Positions 48,025 through 61,604 of a stretch of 64,000 nt of DNA are shown here, one piece after another; the stretch's first letter is position 1; each line of letters begins with the position of its first letter. Source of the stretch: Vulcanimicrobiota bacterium (lineage in GTDB: Bacteria > Vulcanimicrobiota > Vulcanimicrobiia > Vulcanimicrobiales > Vulcanimicrobiaceae); NCBI GenBank assembly GCA_963695225.1, contig OY968762.1, forward strand, positions 1,888,001 through 1,952,000, given 5' to 3'. The notes under the pieces are model-generated. The model was not told the origin of the DNA, ran no database searches, and saw only the letters and a list, made by a program, of their open reading frames with translations. The position numbers and the translations under genes were made by a program.

Positions 48025-49215
48025 TCACACTCGCCCTTCGAGAGTGTGGAAGCGGAGGCGGCGCAGGACCAGCGGTAGCGCGAGCCCTTGCCCGACGATC
48101 GTTACGACGACCACGCCGAAGACGGCATCGATGATCTCGGCCCGGTGGGGAAGGCTCTGCGGGAGCCCGAGCGCGAGCGCGACCGAGAGGGCCCCGCGGA
48201 TCCCCGAGAGCGCGATGACATGCAGCCAGGATCGCATCCCGGGGCGCAACCCCGAAAACGGCAGCACGACGTACGAAAGGATGACCCTCGCCGCGATCAA
48301 GAGCCCAAGCGTCGCGAGCACGAGCTTCGGCTCGTGGATCATCCGGTCGAACTCGATGCGCAGACCCATCGCGAGGAATACGAGCGAATTCGCGAAGAAC
48401 GCCAGGGTCGCCCAGAACCGGTCGACGTCCTCGGCGGCCGCTTCCGTCGGGAAGCCCCGCACTGCGCGCAGCGCGATCCCCACGGCGAGGACGGCGAAGA
48501 TGCCCGAAATCGCCAGCCGGTCCGCCGCGAGATACGCGCCGTAGGCCGCGACGACCGTTCCGACGACGAGCAGCATCGGATCCGGGACCGAGCGCAACGA
48601 GAATACGAGGAGTCCGGCCGCGGCGAGGCCGATCGCGGCGCCCCCGGCCGTCACCTCGAGGAACCGCAAACCGCTCGCCGGGAGGTCGAACCCCAGCGCC
48701 CCGCCCGCGAGCGCCGCGGCGAACAGGCCCGTCAGGACGACGGCGACGCCGTCGTTGAAGAGCGACTCGCTCTCGACGATCGCCTGCAGGTCGGCTGGGA
48801 CGCGCAAACGGCGGAAGATCGCGATCACGGCGATCGGATCCGTGGCCGAGAGGATCGCCCCCAGCAAGAGCGCCGGAAGCGGCGGGAGGAGGCCGAGCAG
48901 GACGAGCCCGCCTGCCACGCAGAGCGCGCTGAAGAGCACCCCCGGGACGGCGAGGATGAGGATCGGCCGCCAGTACCTGCGCAGCGCGGCGAGATCGAGA
49001 TTCCAGGCCGCCTCGAAGACGAGCGCCGGCAGGAAGACGAAGAGCAAGAGCGGCGTGAAGCGGTCCCCGACGACCCGCGGCAGCTGCACCGGGAGAGAGA
49101 TCAGCAGCATCAGGACGACGTACGGCAGCCCCGTGCGCTGCGCGACGATCCCGCCCAAGAGCGCGACGCCGAGCATCGCGACGACCACCTCGACGCCGTA
49201 CTGCAGCGATTCCAT
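48025..49215 (-). CDS. CPA1 family Na+/H+ antiporter
   Basis: LSATDPIAV, ESLFNDG, GIRGALS. Confidence 0.92.
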   Translation of the reverse strand: MESLQYGVEVVVAMLGVALLGGIVAQRTGLPYVVLMLLISLPVQLPRVVGDRFTPLLLFVFLPALVFEAAWNLDLAALRRYWRPILILAVPGVLFSALCVAGGLVLLGLLPPLPALLLGAILSATDPIAVIAIFRRLRVPADLQAIVESESLFNDGVAVVLTGLFAAALAGGALGFDLPASGLRFLEVTAGGAAIGLAAAGLLVFSLRSVPDPMLLVVGTVVAAYGAYLAADRLAISGIFAVLAVGIALRAVRGFPTEAAAEDVDRFWATLAFFANSLVFLAMGLRIEFDRMIHEPKLVLATLGLLIAARVILSYVVLPFSGLRPGMRSWLHVIALSGIRGALSVALALGLPQSLPHRAEIIDAVFGVVVVTIVGQGLALPLVLRRLRFHTLEGRV

Positions 49216-49256
49216 CGCGCTTCCGCGCCGCTATCTTCGAACGAACCCGAGCGCCG

Positions 49257-50042
49257 TCAGCGCTCGATCAGGGCGGTCTTGAGCTTATCGAGCGCCTTCT
49301 GCTGCAAGCGCGAAACGTGCATCTGCGAGACGCCGAGGCGCCGCGCGACCTCGCTCTGCGAGAGATGCTCGAAATAGCGCAGATAGACGACGATCCGCTC
49401 GCGCCCCGAGAGCACTTTGAACGCCTGCTCCAAATTCGCGCGATCCTCCAGGAGCTCGATGCCGGCATCGATCTCGCCGACGTAATCGGCGAGCTTCTGG
49501 TTCGCGTGCTCGGATTCGCCGAGCGGCTCGGAATCGAGCGAGATCAGGTTGTACGCGCCCCCGAGCTCCTGCGCTTCGATCACCTCTTCAGGCGTAGCCT
49601 CAAGATGCTCGGCAAGTTCCGCGACGGTCGGCGCGCGCCCCCGGTCGACGGTCAACCGCTCGATCGCGCGGTTGACCGCGAGATTGAGCTCCTGAAGCCG
49701 GCGCGGAACCTTGACGGCCCAGCCCTTGTCGCGAAAATGCCGCTTGATCTCCCCGACGATCGTCGGGGTCGCGTACGTCGTGAATTCGACGCCGCGCGCC
49801 GGATCGAAGCGGTCGATCGCCTTGACGAGTCCGAGATTGCCGACCTGGACGAGATCGTCGAACGCTTCCCCGCGGTTGACGAACTTCGCTGCGAGATATC
49901 GCACGAGGCTCTGGTGCGTTACGGCAAGCTCCTCGCGAAGGTGCTCGATCTCCGAGCGCGCGCGAGAAGAATCCCGCCGTTCGAGGCTTTCGCGCAAACC
50001 GACGAGTCGCGCGAACGCCTCCGGATCCGCGTTACGAGTCAC
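49257..50042 (-). CDS. sigB: SigB/SigF/SigG family RNA polymerase sigma factor
   Basis: DDLVQVG, YATPTIVGEIKRHFRD, VPRRLQE, GVSQMHVSRL. Confidence 0.9.
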   Translation of the reverse strand: MTRNADPEAFARLVGLRESLERRDSSRARSEIEHLREELAVTHQSLVRYLAAKFVNRGEAFDDLVQVGNLGLVKAIDRFDPARGVEFTTYATPTIVGEIKRHFRDKGWAVKVPRRLQELNLAVNRAIERLTVDRGRAPTVAELAEHLEATPEEVIEAQELGGAYNLISLDSEPLGESEHANQKLADYVGEIDAGIELLEDRANLEQAFKVLSGRERIVVYLRYFEHLSQSEVARRLGVSQMHVSRLQQKALDKLKTALIER

Positions 50043-50466
50043 TCGTCCCCGGTACCGATTTGCGCATGACGAGGACGACGCCGCCGTCGGGATCGACGTG
50101 ATAGTCGGCGGAATCCATCAACGATTGTATCAGCACGATGCCGAGGCGATCCTCGCGCGCTTCGGAGACGTTCGGAACCGCGGCTACGTGCGGATCGCTG
50201 CCGTGATCGCGGACCGTGATGCACAGTTCGTCGGGCCCGATTTCTGCCGCGATGACGATCGTATCCGCCCCGTCGGCGTGGCGAATGCGATTCGTGCACG
50301 CCTCCGCAACGGCAAGCTTGAGATCCTCGATGTCTTCCACGGTATAGGCAAGACGGTTTGCTACGCCGGCGATTGCGAGGCGAGCGATCGCGACCCATTC
50401 CGCCTTGCACGGAAAGCGCAGCTCGACCATATCGTGGCTGGCCACGAGCGGCTGCAGAAGCGTCAT
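50032..50466 (-). CDS. rsbW: Anti-sigma factor Ser/Thr kinase (RsbW-like)
   Basis: IEDLKLAVAEACTN, LGIVLIQSLMD. Confidence 0.88.
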   Translation of the reverse strand: MTLLQPLVASHDMVELRFPCKAEWVAIARLAIAGVANRLAYTVEDIEDLKLAVAEACTNRIRHADGADTIVIAAEIGPDELCITVRDHGSDPHVAAVPNVSEAREDRLGIVLIQSLMDSADYHVDPDGGVVLVMRKSVPGTSDS

Positions 50467-50807
50467 GCCATCAGCGCCTTCTTCGCGTCCGATTCGCTCT
50501 CGAAGATGCCGAAGATCTTGACGAGGCCCGTAATATCGAAGATCTTCCGAATCTGCGGGTTCGTGCAGACGAGGTTGACCGCGCCGCCGTGCTCGCGAAC
50601 GCGCTTGAGCCCGCCGATGAGGACCCCTAGACCCGTCGAGTCGATGTAGCGGACCTTCTCGAGGCTGATGATGAGCTGATAGTGTCCCTGGTCGATGAGA
50701 TCCGTGATCGCATCTTTGACCTTAGGCGACGTATAGACGTCGATCTCGCCTCCGAGTTCGACGACGTCGACGGTATCGGATTTCCGGACGTTGATCTTGA
50801 TATCCAA
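50463..50807 (-). CDS. rsbV: Anti-anti-sigma STAS protein (RsbV-like)
   Basis: GEIDVYTSP, YIDSTGLG, IFDITGL. Confidence 0.92.
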   Translation of the reverse strand: MDIKINVRKSDTVDVVELGGEIDVYTSPKVKDAITDLIDQGHYQLIISLEKVRYIDSTGLGVLIGGLKRVREHGGAVNLVCTNPQIRKIFDITGLVKIFGIFESESDAKKALMA

Positions 50808-50815
50808 GGCGGCTC

Positions 50816-51175
50816 CTATTGGTCTGCCAGCAGTCGGGTGCGCTCGGTGTCCGCAACGTTCTTGCCTTCGTCGATCGCTTCTTTTACGTTTCCGCGTACG
50901 TCGTCTACGACTTTCCGTCCGCGCGAATAGATGTCGTTCGCGCCGGCCGTCACGTCGGTCGCCATCGTGCGAGCTCGCTCGCTGACGTCGCCCGCGGCGT
51001 CGCGAGCCTTGTTCGAGGCTTCCCGCGACTTCGCGCGCAGGAGATCGCGCGTCTCTTCCCCGCTCTGGGGTGCGACGAGCATCGCGAGCGCCGAACCGAT
51101 GAGCGCCCCGGTCAGCAGGCCGGCTACGAAGCCGCCCCCGCCCGGGCTCTCCCTGGGAGTCTGATCCTGATCCAT
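50816..51175 (-). CDS. YtxH domain general stress protein
   Basis: GFVAG...GALIG...APQSGEETR. Confidence 0.88.
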   Translation of the reverse strand: MDQDQTPRESPGGGGFVAGLLTGALIGSALAMLVAPQSGEETRDLLRAKSREASNKARDAAGDVSERARTMATDVTAGANDIYSRGRKVVDDVRGNVKEAIDEGKNVADTERTRLLADQ

Positions 51176-51193
51176 GAGCTCTCCTTCCGCTCG

Positions 51194-51613
51194 TTAATAC
51201 CCTGAATCGCCGGGAGGGCGTTCCTTTCCGCGTGCGAGCCGGCGTAACCCCGCCGTCACCCCGCTCACGGTCGAGCCGAGGTTGACGATCGAAGGGGCGA
51301 GCGCGTCCTGCGCGAGGGTCGAGGTCTTCGCGACGCTCCCCGCGACTTTTTCGATCTGGCCGACGACGCCGCTAAGCTTCGCCAGCGTCACGTCGGCGGT
51401 GTCGGCGATCCCGCCGACGTGCGAGAGGGTCTGCGCCACCGGAACCGAGAGCGTGCCAAGCTGTTTCTCGACCTCGTCGAGCGTCCGGTGCAGCCGCAAG
51501 AACGTGTTCCCGAGGCGCACGCAGGCGAACAAGATGCCGATCCCGCCCAGCAAAACGCCGACTCCCACGCCCACGTACAGGATGATCGACCAGTTGAACA
51601 CGTCGCTCGTCAC
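51194..51613 (-). CDS. DUF948/YtxG-like membrane-anchored coiled-coil protein
   Basis: N-terminal TM, LHRTLDEVE heptads, upstream of YtxH. Confidence 0.7.
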   Translation of the reverse strand: MTSDVFNWSIILYVGVGVGVLLGGIGILFACVRLGNTFLRLHRTLDEVEKQLGTLSVPVAQTLSHVGGIADTADVTLAKLSGVVGQIEKVAGSVAKTSTLAQDALAPSIVNLGSTVSGVTAGLRRLARGKERPPGDSGY

Positions 51614-51651
51614 GCGGTCTCCTTCTCCGAAAGCGCGGCCGGTGCCGCGCC

Positions 51652-52782
51652 CTATACGATTCCCCCTAGAACGTCCAGAACGCTTCCAAGTTCGCTCTCT
51701 TCGGTGTCCGGGCCGAGGGATATCCGAATGGCGCCCCGGCCGACCCACGCCGGAGCCCCGAGCGCCGCAATCACGTGGCTCGGCTCGCGCGCCCCGGCGG
51801 CGCACGCGCTGCCGGCCGAGACGGCGATCCCGGCGAGGTCGAGCGCGATCAGGAGCAATTCCGAGTCGATCCCCTCGAACGCGAAGTTCGAGACGTTCGG
51901 CAGGCGCCCGGCGCCCGCGCCGTTCAGGCGCACGCGCGGGAAGCGCGCGCGCAGCCCTTCTTCGAAGGCGTCGCGGAGCCGCGCGAGGCGGCCCGCGCGC
52001 TCCCTCTGCCCGGCAACGGCGAGTTCGAGCGCGAGCGCGAACCCGGCGATCCCCGCGACGTTCTCGGTCCCCGCCCTGCGCCCGGCCTCTTGGCCGCCCC
52101 CGAGGATCTGCGCGGCGAGCGCCGTCCCATCGCGAACGTAGAGCGCGCCGACGCCTTTCGGGCCGTGGAATTTATGCCCCGCGAGCGCCAGCGCATCGAC
52201 GCCCAGCGTCCGCACGTCGAGCGGTATGCGACCCGGCGCCTGCACCGCGTCCGTATGGAAGAGGACGCCGCGCGCCCGCGCGAGCGCCGCCAGCTCGACG
52301 ACCGGCTGCAGCGTTCCGAGCTCGTTGTTCGCGAGCATGATCGTCGCAAGCACCGTATCCGCGCGCAGCGCCCGCTCGAATGCCTCGGGATCGACGCGCC
52401 CCTCGCCGTCGACGGGCAGGAGCGTTATCTCGTAGCCGTCGTCGCGCAAACGCTCGCACGCCCGCAGCACCGCCTCGTGCTCCACGGAGCAGCTGACGAC
52501 GTGCCGGCCGCGCTCGCGCCGGGCCCGCGAAAGCCCGAGGATCGCGAGGTTGTCCGCTTCGGAACCGCCGCTCAAGAAGACGATCTCGCGCGGCGCGGCA
52601 CCGAGCGAGCGAGCGACGGATTCCCGCGCAGCATCGAGTGCGGCGCGGGCCTCCCTTCCCGGCGCGTGTTGCGAGCTCGGATTGTACGGGGCCGTCTCGT
52701 ACTGCGCGACCATCGCCGCGACGACCGCGGGGTCGATGCGCGTCGTCGCGGCGTTGTCGAGATAGATGCGGCGCGCGTTCAC
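51652..52782 (-). CDS. iscS: Cysteine desulfurase (IscS/NifS group I)
   Basis: YLDNAATT, HTDAVQ, GHKFHGPKG, SAGSAC. Confidence 0.92.
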   Translation of the reverse strand: MNARRIYLDNAATTRIDPAVVAAMVAQYETAPYNPSSQHAPGREARAALDAARESVARSLGAAPREIVFLSGGSEADNLAILGLSRARRERGRHVVSCSVEHEAVLRACERLRDDGYEITLLPVDGEGRVDPEAFERALRADTVLATIMLANNELGTLQPVVELAALARARGVLFHTDAVQAPGRIPLDVRTLGVDALALAGHKFHGPKGVGALYVRDGTALAAQILGGGQEAGRRAGTENVAGIAGFALALELAVAGQRERAGRLARLRDAFEEGLRARFPRVRLNGAGAGRLPNVSNFAFEGIDSELLLIALDLAGIAVSAGSACAAGAREPSHVIAALGAPAWVGRGAIRISLGPDTEESELGSVLDVLGGIV

Positions 52783-54110
52783 GGCGTCTTGCGCGCCCGC
52801 CGTTCGGCCACCCACGCCGCCAGGCGCGCTTCGTCGCCGAACGAGCCGGGCTCGAAGTAGCGGCGGTCGCTCAGATTCTCCGGCAGATACGACAGCGTGT
52901 GCACGCGGTTCTCCGCGTAATCCTCGTGCGCGTAGCGGTAACCCCGTCCGTAACCGAGATCGCGCATCAAACCCGTGGGAGCGTTGCGCAAGTGCAACGG
53001 AACGGGATCGTTGCGCGTCGCTTCGACGTCGCGCAACGCCGCACCGTACGCGCGTCCGACGCTGTTGCTCTTCGCCGCGCACGCGAGATAGAGCGTCCCG
53101 TGCGCGAGCGCGTAGAAGCCCTCGGGCAACCCGACGAAATGCACGGCCTGCTGCACGGAGAGCGCGATGGAGAGACCGTGCGAATCGGCGAGCCCGACGT
53201 CCTCGCTCGCCAGGATCACGAGCCGGCGCGCGATGAAGAGCGGATCTTCGCCCGCATCGAGCATGCGCGCGAGCCAATAGAGCGCTGCGTCGGGATCGCT
53301 GCCGCGAATCGACTTGATGAACGCGCTGACGGTATCGTAATGTCCGTCGCCCTTCTTGTCGTAGCTCGTGATGCGCCGCTGCAGCGCGTCCGCGATCAGC
53401 CCGGCGTCGATCCGCTTGCGACCGTCGGGACCAGCCGGAGCGACGCCGGCCGCATACTCGAGCGTTCCCAGCGCGACGCGCGCATCCCCGTTCGCGAGAC
53501 CGATCAGACGTTCTCGCGCATCGGCCTCCAAGACGATCTCTTCCTTACCGAGGCCGCGCTCGGGATCGGCCGTCGCGCGATCGATCAGCGCGCCGATTTC
53601 CATCTCGCTCAGCGCGTGCAACACGAACACGCGCGAGCGCGACAGCAGCGCGGAGTTCACTTCGAACGAGGGGTTCTCGGTCGTCGCGCCGATCAGCGTG
53701 ATGGTCCCGTCCTCGACGTACGGAAGCACCGCGTCCTGCTGCGCCTTGTTGAAGCGATGGATCTCGTCGATGAAGAGCACGCTGCGCTTGCCGGCGGTGC
53801 GCGCGCGTTGCGCGCCGGCGACGACCGCGCGCAGATCGGCGACCCCCGCGCTGACGGCCGAGAGCGCGACGAACGCTGCCCCGGTCGTTCGCGCGATCAC
53901 CTCGGCGAGCGTCGTCTTTCCCGTACCCGGCGGACCCCAGAGGATCATCGAGGGGACGCGATCGCTCTCGATCGCGCGGCGCAGCGCGCGACCCTCCCCG
54001 ATCAAGTGCGCTTGCCCGACGAACTCCGCGAGCGTCCGCGGCCGCATGCGAGCCGCGAGCGGGGCCGGCGTCTGCGCTTCGAAGAGCCCGGCGGCCTGCG
54101 GCGGCTTCAT
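52779..54110 (-). CDS. rarA: Replication-associated recombination protein A (RarA/MgsA)
   Basis: PLAARMRP, GPPGTGKTT, DEIHRFNK, GATTENP, SEDVGLA. Confidence 0.95.
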   Translation of the reverse strand: MKPPQAAGLFEAQTPAPLAARMRPRTLAEFVGQAHLIGEGRALRRAIESDRVPSMILWGPPGTGKTTLAEVIARTTGAAFVALSAVSAGVADLRAVVAGAQRARTAGKRSVLFIDEIHRFNKAQQDAVLPYVEDGTITLIGATTENPSFEVNSALLSRSRVFVLHALSEMEIGALIDRATADPERGLGKEEIVLEADARERLIGLANGDARVALGTLEYAAGVAPAGPDGRKRIDAGLIADALQRRITSYDKKGDGHYDTVSAFIKSIRGSDPDAALYWLARMLDAGEDPLFIARRLVILASEDVGLADSHGLSIALSVQQAVHFVGLPEGFYALAHGTLYLACAAKSNSVGRAYGAALRDVEATRNDPVPLHLRNAPTGLMRDLGYGRGYRYAHEDYAENRVHTLSYLPENLSDRRYFEPGSFGDEARLAAWVAERRARKTP

Positions 54111-54113
54111 GCG

Positions 54114-54745
54114 CTACTTCTTCTTGGCAGGGGGCCCCGTCGGCGCAGCGGTTTCGACCGGCGCGCGCACCGTGATCGGTTTGCCTTGGCCGTGCATGAT
54201 GCCCGTCCTCGTATCGTAATCGAGGAAGTCGACGTTCTGCATCGTCGTCTCGCCGTCGCGCGCATTGACGCTCCCCTCGAGCCGGATCATGTTCGTCGTG
54301 TCGTTGAGCGTACCGCGTTCCCCCGTGATATCGCGTTTCCCCTCGACGTAATGGACGTGCCCGATCGCGGTATACGTCTTCGCGTTCCCGTCGATTTGCA
54401 GTTTATCGCAGGTCAACGTCGACGGTCCCTTGGTCAGCCGGGTCGCCTCGCCCCGGTTCTCCAGCGGCGTCTCGCGGTGGATCACGACGTTCCCGTCGAC
54501 GAGGTATTGCTTGGTCTTGCGATTCCCCGTCATGCGATCGCCCGAGACCTCGGTCCCGGAGCGCATCCCCGTGAAACGGTTCGGGATCGAGACGGCGCCC
54601 GTCTTTTCGTTGAGATCGAACGACGAGAGCTTGATGTAATCGAAATCGCCGAAATTCCGTAGCTCCGATTGCGCGAGCGCGGCGCCGGCGAGCGCAAGGA
54701 GGAGCGACGCGGCCAGGGCCGCGGTCCGAGTTTTTCCCGGGTGAG

Positions 54746-54749
<4 letters not shown>
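54114..54749 (-). CDS. LptA/OstA family beta-jellyroll protein
   Basis: Signal peptide; repeated GNVVI/GHVHY/GSVNA strands, LTCDKL. Confidence 0.7.
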
Positions 54750-56481
<1,732 letters not shown>

Positions 56482-56532
56482 CTACTCTGAACGTATTCCC
56501 TGCCCGGCTCCCCCGCGCCTAGTCGGAAAGTC

Positions 56533-57882
56533 TCACCCGGCCGCCACCCGGGGAAATTCGGACGTGTCGCCGAGCCCGAGCGGTTCGTCGAACGGCGCGA
56601 TCCCGCTCGAACGCTGGACCTGGGCGCCCAGCGCCGAGAGCATCTCCTCGAGCCGCTCGTGCCCCCGGTCGATGTATTCCAGGCCGATGATCTCAGTCTC
56701 GCCCTGCGCCGCGAGCCCGGCGATGACGAGCGCGGCCCCGGCGCGAATGTCCGGCGCTTCGACGGGGGCCCCCGAGAGAGGCGCCCCGCCTTTGATCAGC
56801 GCCGCGTTCCGGTCGATCTCATAGACGGCACCCAGGCGCCGCAGCTCGTTCAGGTACGAGAAGCGCGCGTTGAAGATCGTCTCCTCGATCACGCTCGTCC
56901 CCGGCGCCGTGCACAGGAATGTGACCATCTGCGGCTGGAGGTCGGTCGGGAAGCCGGGATAGGGGGCCGTCACGATGTGCGTCCCGCCCGTGACGCGTTC
57001 GGCCTCGACGCGAACCCAATCGGGGCCGCTCGAGACCTTCACGCCGCACTCCCGCAGCCGTTGCGTCAGCGCCTCGACGTGGAACGGCATGCAACGTTTC
57101 ACGGTGACGTCGCCGCGCGTGGCCGCGCCGCAGAGCATGAGCGTCCCCGTCACGATCCGGTCCGGAATGATCTCGTATTCGACGCCGTGCAGTTCACTCA
57201 CGCCTTCGATCACGATCGTCTCGCCGCCGTGCCCGCCGATGCGCGCCCCCATGGCGATCAGGAAATTCGCGAGATCGACGACCTCGGGTTCCATCGCGAC
57301 GTTGCGCAGCGTCGTCGTTCCGTCCGCCAGGACCGCGGCCAGCATCGCGTTCTTCGTCGCCCCGACGCTCGGCATTCGGAAGGCGAGGGAACCGCCGCGC
57401 AGCCGCCCCGAACGCGATTTCGCGATCAGGTAGCCGTGCTGATTCGCGACCTCCGCACCGAGCGCTCGAAAGGCCAACTCGTGCATGTCCGTCGCCCGCG
57501 TGCCCAAGATGCATCCGCCGGGGAGCGGGACTTCGGCCTCCCCGAAGCGTCCGAGGAGCGGCCCGACGATATCGAACGATGCCGCGAGCTTGCGGACCAG
57601 GGTGTACGGAGCGCGATGGGTCGCCAGATGCGAAGCGTCGATCGTGATCGTCCCGCGCCCCTCGGAGCGGACGCGCGCGCCGAGAGCCTCGAGGAGCGAC
57701 CACATGACGGAGACGTCGGTGATCCGCGGGACGCGGTGCAGCGTAACAGGCGTCTTCGCCAGCAGCGCGGCGGCCATCATCGGGAGCGCAGCATTCTTCG
57801 CACCCTGCGTCTCGACCGAGCCGACGAGACGGCGGCCGCCGCGGGCGCGCAGCGTCGTCTCGAGACGATCGAGCGTATCCAT
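56533..57882 (-). CDS. murA: UDP-N-acetylglucosamine 1-carboxyvinyltransferase
   Basis: GAKNAALP, LPGGCILG, SVGAT, PYPGFPTDLQ, DIRAG. Confidence 0.95.
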   Translation of the reverse strand: MDTLDRLETTLRARGGRRLVGSVETQGAKNAALPMMAAALLAKTPVTLHRVPRITDVSVMWSLLEALGARVRSEGRGTITIDASHLATHRAPYTLVRKLAASFDIVGPLLGRFGEAEVPLPGGCILGTRATDMHELAFRALGAEVANQHGYLIAKSRSGRLRGGSLAFRMPSVGATKNAMLAAVLADGTTTLRNVAMEPEVVDLANFLIAMGARIGGHGGETIVIEGVSELHGVEYEIIPDRIVTGTLMLCGAATRGDVTVKRCMPFHVEALTQRLRECGVKVSSGPDWVRVEAERVTGGTHIVTAPYPGFPTDLQPQMVTFLCTAPGTSVIEETIFNARFSYLNELRRLGAVYEIDRNAALIKGGAPLSGAPVEAPDIRAGAALVIAGLAAQGETEIIGLEYIDRGHERLEEMLSALGAQVQRSSGIAPFDEPLGLGDTSEFPRVAAG

Positions 57883-58029
57883 CGCAAGGCTTTTTCGGGG
57901 AGGGAGGTACCGTTCCATGCCCGCTACGGGCCGAGCGTCGTTCCCGCTCTCAGATGTGCCGGAAAGCCGAGAGCCCGGGCCGGGCCGGAACGAGCGCGAG
58001 CGCGAGCGCGCACGAGGGGCGTGACGCCG

Positions 58030-59175
58030 TTAGGGAAGCGTGAACCAGACCTGATTGTGGTCGACCGCGATGTGGACGTCCTTTTGGTCGATGCCGTTGT
58101 GATCGGCCGGCGTGAATTGGATTCGCGCGGTCGCTCCGGCGTACGGCTTCATGTGCTCGAGCGCCTCGATCAGCGCGGGGCCGTCCGTCTTGCCGCCCGC
58201 CGCGCGCACCGCATCGGCCAAGATGAACGCAGCATCCCACGCGAACGCGCCGAAGTTCGCGGGGCGTGCGTGATACGCCGCGCGATATTGCGCCAAGAAC
58301 GCCTGCTGCGGTTTGTTCGGGTACGTGAAGTTGATGTCGCTGTCGGAGTAGACGCCCTCGCCGTCGTTCCCGGCGACCTTCAGGAAGTTGTCCGAGAGCA
58401 GGCCGGTCGTACCGAAGATGTTGACCTTTAGCCCGAGCTGGCGGATCTGGCGCACGATCAGCGGGCACGCCGTCGAGGCTCCCCAGATCGCGACGCTGTC
58501 GGCCCCGGTGGCGCGAACGCGCAGGAGTTGCGCCGTCACGTCCGTCGCCGCGGTCGGATATGCTTCGTTCATCACGATCTCGATGCCGCGCTTCTGCGCT
58601 TCGCTCGCCAGGACGACCGCACCGATCTGGCCGTACGGGTTCTCGTCGTGCAAGACCGCGAGCTTCTTCGTCCCGAGCTTGTTCTTCGCGAACTCGAGCA
58701 GTGCTGCGCCCTCGGTCTCGTTGCGCGGCGTCGTCTCGAACAGGTTCTTCACGACGCCGTTCTTCGTATCCCAACTCTGGCCGGTCGGGTTCATGAAGAT
58801 CTGTGGGATGCCCGCGGCGAGCGTCACGCGGTTGATCGCGAACGTCGGGGCGGTCAGCGTCCCTCCGATGATCGCAATCGCTTTCTTCCCGACGAGTTGC
58901 GTCGCGAGTTGCGCCGCGATGTCCGGCTTGCCTTCGTCGTCGACGATCTCGATGCGTAGCGGCCTGCCCGCGATGCCGCCGCTTTCGTTGATCTGCTTCT
59001 CCGCAATCAGGAGCGCGTTGCGTTCGGGCTCGCCGAGCGGCGCGAAGACGCCGGTCGTGGACAGGATCGCGCCGATCAGGACCGGCTCGCCCTTCGGCGG
59101 GGCGGCCGCGAAAGCGCCGGCCGGAACGGCGAGCGCGCAGGCCAAGACGAAAGCGGAACAACGAGAGACCATCAT
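58030..59175 (-). CDS. Branched-chain amino acid-type ABC substrate-binding protein
   Basis: GGAGG RBS, signal peptide, INESGGIAGRP, DDEG, NPYG. Confidence 0.88.
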   Translation of the reverse strand: MMVSRCSAFVLACALAVPAGAFAAAPPKGEPVLIGAILSTTGVFAPLGEPERNALLIAEKQINESGGIAGRPLRIEIVDDEGKPDIAAQLATQLVGKKAIAIIGGTLTAPTFAINRVTLAAGIPQIFMNPTGQSWDTKNGVVKNLFETTPRNETEGAALLEFAKNKLGTKKLAVLHDENPYGQIGAVVLASEAQKRGIEIVMNEAYPTAATDVTAQLLRVRATGADSVAIWGASTACPLIVRQIRQLGLKVNIFGTTGLLSDNFLKVAGNDGEGVYSDSDINFTYPNKPQQAFLAQYRAAYHARPANFGAFAWDAAFILADAVRAAGGKTDGPALIEALEHMKPYAGATARIQFTPADHNGIDQKDVHIAVDHNQVWFTLP

Positions 59176-59216
59176 AACCCTCCGCATGCGAAATGCGGCG
59201 GGATCGCTTGCGTTAC

Positions 59217-59621
59217 CTACTGTCTCGAGGCGTCCGGCGCGAAGCCGAGCGCCAGGGAGTTCATGCAGAAGCGACGGCCCGTCGGCGCCGGGCCGTCGTC
59301 GAAGACGTGCCCGAGGTGCGATTCGCAGGCGGCGCAGCGCACTTCGGTCCGGCGCATCCCGTGCGAATGGTCGGGACGCAGTTCCACGCTCTCGGGGTGC
59401 AGCGCTTGCGTGAAGCTCGGCCAGCCGCAGCCGGAATCGTATTTGTCGCCGGAGCGAAACAACTCCGCCCCACACGCGCCGCAGGTGTAGACCCCTGAGT
59501 CCTTCTTATAGAGATAGGCTCCCGTGCCGGCGGGCTCGGTCGCGGCCCGGCGCAGCACCGCATACTGGTCGGGCGAAAGTTCCGCCCGCCACTCGGCATC
59601 GCTCTTCTCGATTTTAGGCAT
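59217..59621 (-). CDS. msrB: Peptide-methionine (R)-S-oxide reductase
   Basis: CGAC, GCGWPSF, CAAC, HLGHVFDDGP, RFCMNS. Confidence 0.96.
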   Translation of the reverse strand: MPKIEKSDAEWRAELSPDQYAVLRRAATEPAGTGAYLYKKDSGVYTCGACGAELFRSGDKYDSGCGWPSFTQALHPESVELRPDHSHGMRRTEVRCAACESHLGHVFDDGPAPTGRRFCMNSLALGFAPDASRQ

Positions 59622-59665
59622 GCCTAAAGTTTCGCCGGGCCCGCCCCGCTTTGCCTTCGACCCGG

Positions 59666-60078
59666 TTAGCTGACGAGCGCGATCTTGGCGTTTGCGAAAT
59701 CGATCGCCGCTTGCTCGCGTTCGAACTCAGGCGTTTGTGGCGTCAGGCTCTTCTGCCGCTCCGTGGCCGCCGCAAGATCTTCTTTCGCGGCGGCGAGATC
59801 GACTTCGTGCTTTCCGAACGCCGCATCGACGAGGATCGTGAGGCGGTTGGGGAGCGCCTGCATGAAGCCTTCGCTCGTCGCGAACTCGATGCGTTGCTGC
59901 GCGCCGTCGACGACGACGTTCGCCCGCAAGACGCCGGGCTTGAGCGCCGTCAAAAAGGGCGCGTGCGAAGGCAGGATGCCCTCCTCGCCTTCGGTCCCGA
60001 CGCCGATCACGAGTTCGGCATCGCCCGCGAAGACGACCGCCTTCGGCGTGATCAGCTTGAACGGGAGCGTGTTGGCCA

Positions 60079-60079
<1 letters not shown>
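59666..60079 (-). CDS. atpC: F1 ATP synthase epsilon subunit
   Basis: EGEEGILPSHAP, position after atpD. Confidence 0.93.
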
Positions 60080-61557
<1,478 letters not shown>

Positions 61558-61604
61558 TTACCCCTATGTGATTTCTTTGGCTGTTTGGGTGAGTCTGCGG
61601 GCAC

